DNA of 64,000 nucleotides from an uncultured Planctomycetia bacterium (GTDB lineage Bacteria; Omnitrophota; Gorgyraeia; Taenaricolales; CAZCCH01): NCBI GenBank assembly GCA_964497315.1, contig CAZCCH010000005.1, positions 1,885 to 65,884 of the forward strand, read 5' to 3'. Shown piece by piece: positions 59,266 to 64,000 of this stretch (position 1 is its first letter; each line of letters starts with the position of its first letter). The notes under the pieces were generated by a model. It saw only the letters and a program-made list of their open reading frames with translations, ran no database searches and was not told where the DNA came from. The position numbers and the translations under genes were made by a program.

Positions 59266-61425
59266 ATGTCTGTTCGCGTTCATCAACTAGCCAAAGAATT
59301 GAACTTAAACAGCAAGGATTTGATAGCACGCCTTCATGAGCTGAAGATCAAAGTAAAAGGACATATGTCTGTTTTGGATGAAGACGCACTAAAGATTATT
59401 AAACAAAAACTTAAAGGTAAAAAGAAGAAAGAGACCTCAAAGCTAAAGAAGCAAGATAAACCTAAGGCAAAACCAAAAACGAAAAAGACTACAACGCTTA
59501 AGAAAAAAACAACGCCCAAGAAAAAGACAGCTAAAAAAGTAGTTACAAAAAAAACAGCAGTCAAAGAACCGGTTTTGGAAAGAAAAGTTGAAGAACATAT
59601 TGAAGAAGCAGTTGATAAAAAAATAGTTGAGCAGCCTGTTGAGGTAGCAACTGAAGTAATCCCAGCAAAGACACTTACAGGGGTAATGGTAAGCTTTCCA
59701 ATAACTGTTAAAGACCTAGGGGCGAAACTACAGGTAAAACCAAATGATTTGATAAAAAAGTTAATGGGCAAAAATATTTTTGCCACTATAAATCAAGCCC
59801 TCACTGAGGAAGTGGCTAATGAGATAGCTTCGGAATTTGATTATCAACTTCAGAAGGCACCAAGCTTGGAAGAAAAACTTTTAGAAGAACATAAAAAACA
59901 GGCCAGTGCAGATTTAGTACCGCGTCCACCCGTAATAACCTTAATGGGGCATGTGGACCATGGCAAGACATCCCTTTTAGATGTCATACAGGAAAGCAAT
60001 ATTACCAAAAGAGAGGCCGGCGGTATAACACAACATATAGGTGCCTATAGGGTAGAATTAAAAAAGGGTAAGATTACTTTTTTGGATACGCCTGGTCATG
60101 AGGCCTTTACTGCAATGCGGGCAAGAGGTGCAAATGCTACCGATATCGTCATTTTAGTAGTAGCTGCAGATGATGGTATTATGCCTCAGACACAAGAGGC
60201 CATTGATCATGCCCGAGCAGCAGGCGTACCTATTGTTGTGGCAATAAATAAGATTGATAAACAAAATGCAGATATAGATAAGGTAAAAAAACAACTCGCA
60301 GCCATAGATTTACAGCCTGAAGATTGGGGTGGGAAGACCATAACCGTAGGCGTTTCAGCGAAGACAAAAGAAGGCATAGACCATCTTTTGGAAATGGTAT
60401 TATTAGAAGCAGAGATGCTTGAGCTGAAGGCCAATTCCAGTAAATCAGCTGATGGGGTAGTTATTGAAGGCAGGCTTTCACGCGGTAAGGGACCTGTGGC
60501 TACTATATTAGTTCAAAATGGAACCCTAAGAGAACAAGATTTAATAGTGATTGGCAAGCATTATGGCAAGGTTAGGGCGATGGTTGATGACAGGGGTAAA
60601 AAATTAAAGGAAGTTCCACCTTCTGTCCCTGTTGAAATTCTAGGCCTATCGGGTGTTCCCGAGGCAGGCGAATGTTTTTTTGCAGTTCCTGATGAAAAAA
60701 CAGCAAAAGAAATTTCTTCTCAGAAATTAAATGAACTAAGGCAAAAAGATGTTACCTTTGCAAAAAGGATTACACTGGAAGATTTATACAACCAGATAAA
60801 AGAAGGAAAAGTAAAAGGCCTTAAGATAATCTTAAAAGCAGATGTGCAGGGTTCTTGCGAAGCACTGCGCGATAACACGCTTAAATTATCTACTGATGAG
60901 GTAAAATTAGATTTCATACATACAGGTGTTGGTCTTATAAATGATGCCGACATTATCCTAGCAGCAGCATCCAATGCCATAGTTATAGGATTTAATGTAG
61001 GTATGACCCCAGAGGCTCAGACAAGGGCAAAGCAAGAGAGGGTAGATACAAGGTTCTACAGGGTTATATATGATGCCATAAGCGATGTGAAATCTGCCAT
61101 GGAAGGTCTTCTTGAGCCAAAGGTAGAAGAAGTGACAACTGGAAAGGCAAAAGTCTTGCGTGCATTTAGGGTATCAAAGGTCGGCCTTGTGGCTGGTTGC
61201 ATGATAAGTAAGGGTAAGATTAACCGTGCATCCATGGGAAGGGTCTTAAGAGATGGAGAAGAGATTCATAAGGGTAGGATAACTTCCTTAAAAAGGTTTA
61301 AAGATGATGTAAAAGAAGTTCAAGAGGGATTTGAGTGTGGCATTGGATTCCAAGGATTTAATGATATAAAACCAGGTGATATTATAGAAGCATTTGAGAT
61401 ACAAAAGACAGCGAGGACGTTATAA
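59266..61425 (+). CDS. infB: Translation initiation factor IF-2
   Basis: A Lys-rich N-terminus and the G domain VITLMGHVDHGKTSLLD, DTPGHEAF and NKID. Confidence 0.9.
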   Translation: MSVRVHQLAKELNLNSKDLIARLHELKIKVKGHMSVLDEDALKIIKQKLKGKKKKETSKLKKQDKPKAKPKTKKTTTLKKKTTPKKKTAKKVVTKKTAVKEPVLERKVEEHIEEAVDKKIVEQPVEVATEVIPAKTLTGVMVSFPITVKDLGAKLQVKPNDLIKKLMGKNIFATINQALTEEVANEIASEFDYQLQKAPSLEEKLLEEHKKQASADLVPRPPVITLMGHVDHGKTSLLDVIQESNITKREAGGITQHIGAYRVELKKGKITFLDTPGHEAFTAMRARGANATDIVILVVAADDGIMPQTQEAIDHARAAGVPIVVAINKIDKQNADIDKVKKQLAAIDLQPEDWGGKTITVGVSAKTKEGIDHLLEMVLLEAEMLELKANSSKSADGVVIEGRLSRGKGPVATILVQNGTLREQDLIVIGKHYGKVRAMVDDRGKKLKEVPPSVPVEILGLSGVPEAGECFFAVPDEKTAKEISSQKLNELRQKDVTFAKRITLEDLYNQIKEGKVKGLKIILKADVQGSCEALRDNTLKLSTDEVKLDFIHTGVGLINDADIILAAASNAIVIGFNVGMTPEAQTRAKQERVDTRFYRVIYDAISDVKSAMEGLLEPKVEEVTTGKAKVLRAFRVSKVGLVAGCMISKGKINRASMGRVLRDGEEIHKGRITSLKRFKDDVKEVQEGFECGIGFQGFNDIKPGDIIEAFEIQKTARTL

Positions 61426-61427
61426 AA

Positions 61428-62408
61428 ATGAAACGGATATTAAGTGGGATGAGACCAACAGGGCCATTGCATCTGGGGCATTTAATCGGGGCATTGAGTA
61501 ACTGGATAAGCTTACAGAAAAAATATGAATGTTTTTTTATGGTTGCTGACTGGCATGCCTTGATGAGCGAATATGAGAATCCCAAAGAAATTCAAAAGAA
61601 CATATTTGGCTGTGTCTTAGATTGGCTGGCTTGTGGCATTGATCCTAAGAAATCCGTAATGTTTGTTCAGTCTGAGATCCCACAGCATCTAGAGCTTTTT
61701 ATGATGCTTTCGGACATTACGCCCTTGCCTTGGCTTGAGCGATGTCCTACCTATAAGGAACAACTCAGGGAGCAGAAGTCAAGGAACCTAGCGACCTTTG
61801 GATTTCTAGGATATCCGGTTTTGCAGGCTGCAGATATATTGCTTTATAAAGCCAACGTTGTACCTGTAGGTGAAGATCAGCTACCGCATCTAGAGCTAAC
61901 ACGTGAAATTGTCCGAAGGTTCAATACTTTATATAAAAAGAATGCATTTCCAGAGCCAGAGGCATTACTTACTAAAACAGCACGGCTTTTAGGTGTAGAC
62001 AACAGAAAGATGAGCAAGACATATGAAAATTACATAGCCTTAAGCGATACGCCAGAAGTTATAAAAAGAAAAGTAAACAGCATGATAACGGACCCCGAGC
62101 GCATAAAAAAGACTGACACGGGGCATCCTGATGTATGCAATGTTTATTCTTACTATAAGGTGTTTAAAAAAGAGCTTACCCCAAAACTAAATACAGAATG
62201 CACCACAGCAAAGATTGGCTGCACTGATGACAAGAAGCGCCTCGCAGAGATTATCATTGAAATTTTAAGACCTATACAGAAAAAACGAAATGCCTTAATC
62301 AAGGACAAGGGTGAGATTTCCAAAATTCTCAAGATAGGCAGAAAAAAGGCATCTGATATCGCCTCAGATACAATGAAAGAAGTAAAAAGACTTGTGGGAT
62401 TGGCATGA
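61428..62408 (+). CDS. trpS: Tryptophanyl-tRNA synthetase
   Basis: GMRPTGPLHLGHLIGAL (HIGH motif) and KMSKT. Confidence 0.9.
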   Translation: MKRILSGMRPTGPLHLGHLIGALSNWISLQKKYECFFMVADWHALMSEYENPKEIQKNIFGCVLDWLACGIDPKKSVMFVQSEIPQHLELFMMLSDITPLPWLERCPTYKEQLREQKSRNLATFGFLGYPVLQAADILLYKANVVPVGEDQLPHLELTREIVRRFNTLYKKNAFPEPEALLTKTARLLGVDNRKMSKTYENYIALSDTPEVIKRKVNSMITDPERIKKTDTGHPDVCNVYSYYKVFKKELTPKLNTECTTAKIGCTDDKKRLAEIIIEILRPIQKKRNALIKDKGEISKILKIGRKKASDIASDTMKEVKRLVGLA

Positions 62409-63130
62409 CATACAAAGTAAAATTAGAAGTTTTCGAAGGACCCCTAGATCTACTTCTGCATTTAATCAAGAAAGAAGAGGTAGAGATATATGATATTCCT
62501 ATTGCCAAGATAACCGACCAGTATGTGCAGTATCTCGAATTAATGGAAATGCTGGATTTGAATATAGCAGGTGATTTTTTGGTTATGGCAGCAACATTAA
62601 TGCATATTAAATCTAAAATGCTTCTTCCGCCAGATGAAACATCCCTTGAGGAGGAAGAGGAGGAAGATCCACGTGCTGAATTAGTAAGGAGGCTCTTAGA
62701 ATATAAGAAATTCAAAGAAGCCGCCTCCCAATTACAAAGAAAAGAAGATACGCAAAGAAAGGTATTCCGTAGGGTAGGTTCAGTAGATGCCCAGGAACAG
62801 CTAGAAGGTGAGACTTATTTTGAAGCATCGCTTTTTGATTTAATATCTGCTTTCTCGCAGACAATGAAAGACATCCCCAAGGAAGTCTTTCTTGAGATAA
62901 TGAAGGATGAAGTGACCGTTGAAGAGAAGATTCACGATATCTTACATCTTATGGTAAAAAAAGAAATAATACCTTTATCAGAAGTCTTTAGCGCAGCAAA
63001 GAACAAAGTGGAAATCGTTGTTACCTTTTTAGCTATTTTAGAACTCATAAGAATAAAGGCCATAACAGCAATACAGAAAGGTCTTTTTGGTCAGATAGAG
63101 ATAGTCAGAAATCCTGAGGCGGTGATGTAA
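62405..63130 (+). CDS. scpA: Segregation and condensation protein A
   Basis: LEVFEGPLDLLLHLIKKEEVEIYDIPIAKITDQY. Confidence 0.85.
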   Translation: MTYKVKLEVFEGPLDLLLHLIKKEEVEIYDIPIAKITDQYVQYLELMEMLDLNIAGDFLVMAATLMHIKSKMLLPPDETSLEEEEEEDPRAELVRRLLEYKKFKEAASQLQRKEDTQRKVFRRVGSVDAQEQLEGETYFEASLFDLISAFSQTMKDIPKEVFLEIMKDEVTVEEKIHDILHLMVKKEIIPLSEVFSAAKNKVEIVVTFLAILELIRIKAITAIQKGLFGQIEIVRNPEAVM

Positions 63131-63699
63131 TGCTAGATTTAAACAAAAAACAAATTATAGAAGCATTAATTTTTGTTAGTGACAAACCTCTCGCTTTAGG
63201 TGAAATAAAGCAAGTCTTAGAAGATGCAACAGATGAAGAAATAAACACTTTAATAGAGACTTTAAATAAAGAATATCAAGATACACAAAGGAGTTTTAAG
63301 ATAACGCAAATTGCCGGCGGTTATCAGATGGTAACCACACCCGAATGCGGCCCATATCTTAAGAAACTTTATAAATCACGCATGAAGGAAAAACTTACAA
63401 GGCCTTCTCTTGAAACCTTAGCCATTATAGCATATAAACAACCCGCAACAAGAGCAGAGATTGAGGCAATTAGAGGGGTTAATGTAGATGGGGTGGTAAA
63501 GACCCTTCTAGAGAAAGGATTAATAAAAATATGTGGCCGCAAAGAAGTGGTCGGTAGGCCATTACTTTATAGTACTACTGAAGAATTCCTACAACACTTT
63601 GGCCTGGGTAATATTTCCGATTTACCAAGATTGGAAGAATTGCAAGTACAAGAAGGAGTAGAAAATGACACTGTCCCAGCTCCGCAAGAAAATCAATGA
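63130..63699 (+). CDS. scpB: Segregation and condensation protein B
   Basis: A 189-aa protein with two winged-helix-like halves, overlapping the scpA stop. Confidence 0.8.
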   Translation: MLDLNKKQIIEALIFVSDKPLALGEIKQVLEDATDEEINTLIETLNKEYQDTQRSFKITQIAGGYQMVTTPECGPYLKKLYKSRMKEKLTRPSLETLAIIAYKQPATRAEIEAIRGVNVDGVVKTLLEKGLIKICGRKEVVGRPLLYSTTEEFLQHFGLGNISDLPRLEELQVQEGVENDTVPAPQENQ

Positions 63700-64000
63700 G
63701 ATAGATGAGAAAATAGTATCGCTGTTGAATCAGAGGGCGAAGCTTTGCCTGGGAATAGGAAAATTAAAAGCGAAGAAAAAAGCAAGTGTGTATGTCCCTG
63801 ACAGGGAGAAGTCTATCTATGACAGGATCCTTAAATCAAGCAAAGGACCTTTATCAAAAAAGGCACTGGCAGCCATATACAGAGAGATTATGTCAGGCTC
63901 GTTGGCGTTAGAGAAGGCGATAAGAATTGCCTACCTAGGGCCTCCTGCCACCTTCACGCATATTGCTGCATTAAAGAAATTTGGTTCACAGGTAAGGTAT
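63665..64000 (+). CDS. pheA: Bifunctional chorismate mutase / prephenate dehydratase, 3'-partial
   Basis: Translating 63665 onward gives MTLSQLRKKINEIDEKIVSLLNQRAKL (CM domain) and then IAYLGPPATFTHIAA (PDT). The frame stays open to the window end. It is absent from the ORF track because it has no stop. Confidence 0.7.
   Translation, partial: MTLSQLRKKINEIDEKIVSLLNQRAKLCLGIGKLKAKKKASVYVPDREKSIYDRILKSSKGPLSKKALAAIYREIMSGSLALEKAIRIAYLGPPATFTHIAALKKFGSQVRY

Overview
This 64-kb window looks like an AT-rich genome of an uncultivated diderm bacterium. The diderm call rests on lptF/lptG, the Kdo genes kdsA/kdsB and an ADP-heptose kinase. A giant 13.1-kb gene suggests an Omnitrophota-like lineage, but that is inference only. 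Most of the window is collinear plus-strand housekeeping operons: yebC-ruvCAB, queH-queA-tgt-yajC-secDF, recJ, recG-rsmD-coaD-pta-ackA, rpmF-plsX-fabHDG-acpP-fabF, rimP-nusA-infB, trpS-scpAB, and a 3'-partial pheA. Almost every operon sits behind a near-textbook sigma70 promoter (TTGACA-N16/17-TATAAT).

Three regions stand out. First, a single uninterrupted minus-strand ORF at 16808-29953 encodes a 4381-aa signal-peptide-bearing protein with many enzyme-like modules. A recurrent pentapeptide S-R-F-[STA]-E (14 copies) sits exactly at the module boundaries. The protein also contains a caspase-like His...Cys pair. Together these suggest an autoprocessed multi-effector polyprotein, loosely analogous to MARTX toxins; this is a hypothesis.

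Second, 2486-6360 is an accessory tRNA island. It holds tRNA-Leu, a LAGLIDADG-like ORF whose stop codon lies inside tRNA-Glu, and three paralogous P-loop ATPases with promoter-plus-palindromic-operator units. An att-like duplication of the last 17 nt of tRNA-Glu plus a terminator hairpin brackets one of the ATPase genes.

Third, the ORF at the left edge of the window is 5'-truncated and contains an HExxH motif; it may be the tail of another very large gene.

All calls are from manual reading of the sequence. No database searches were run.
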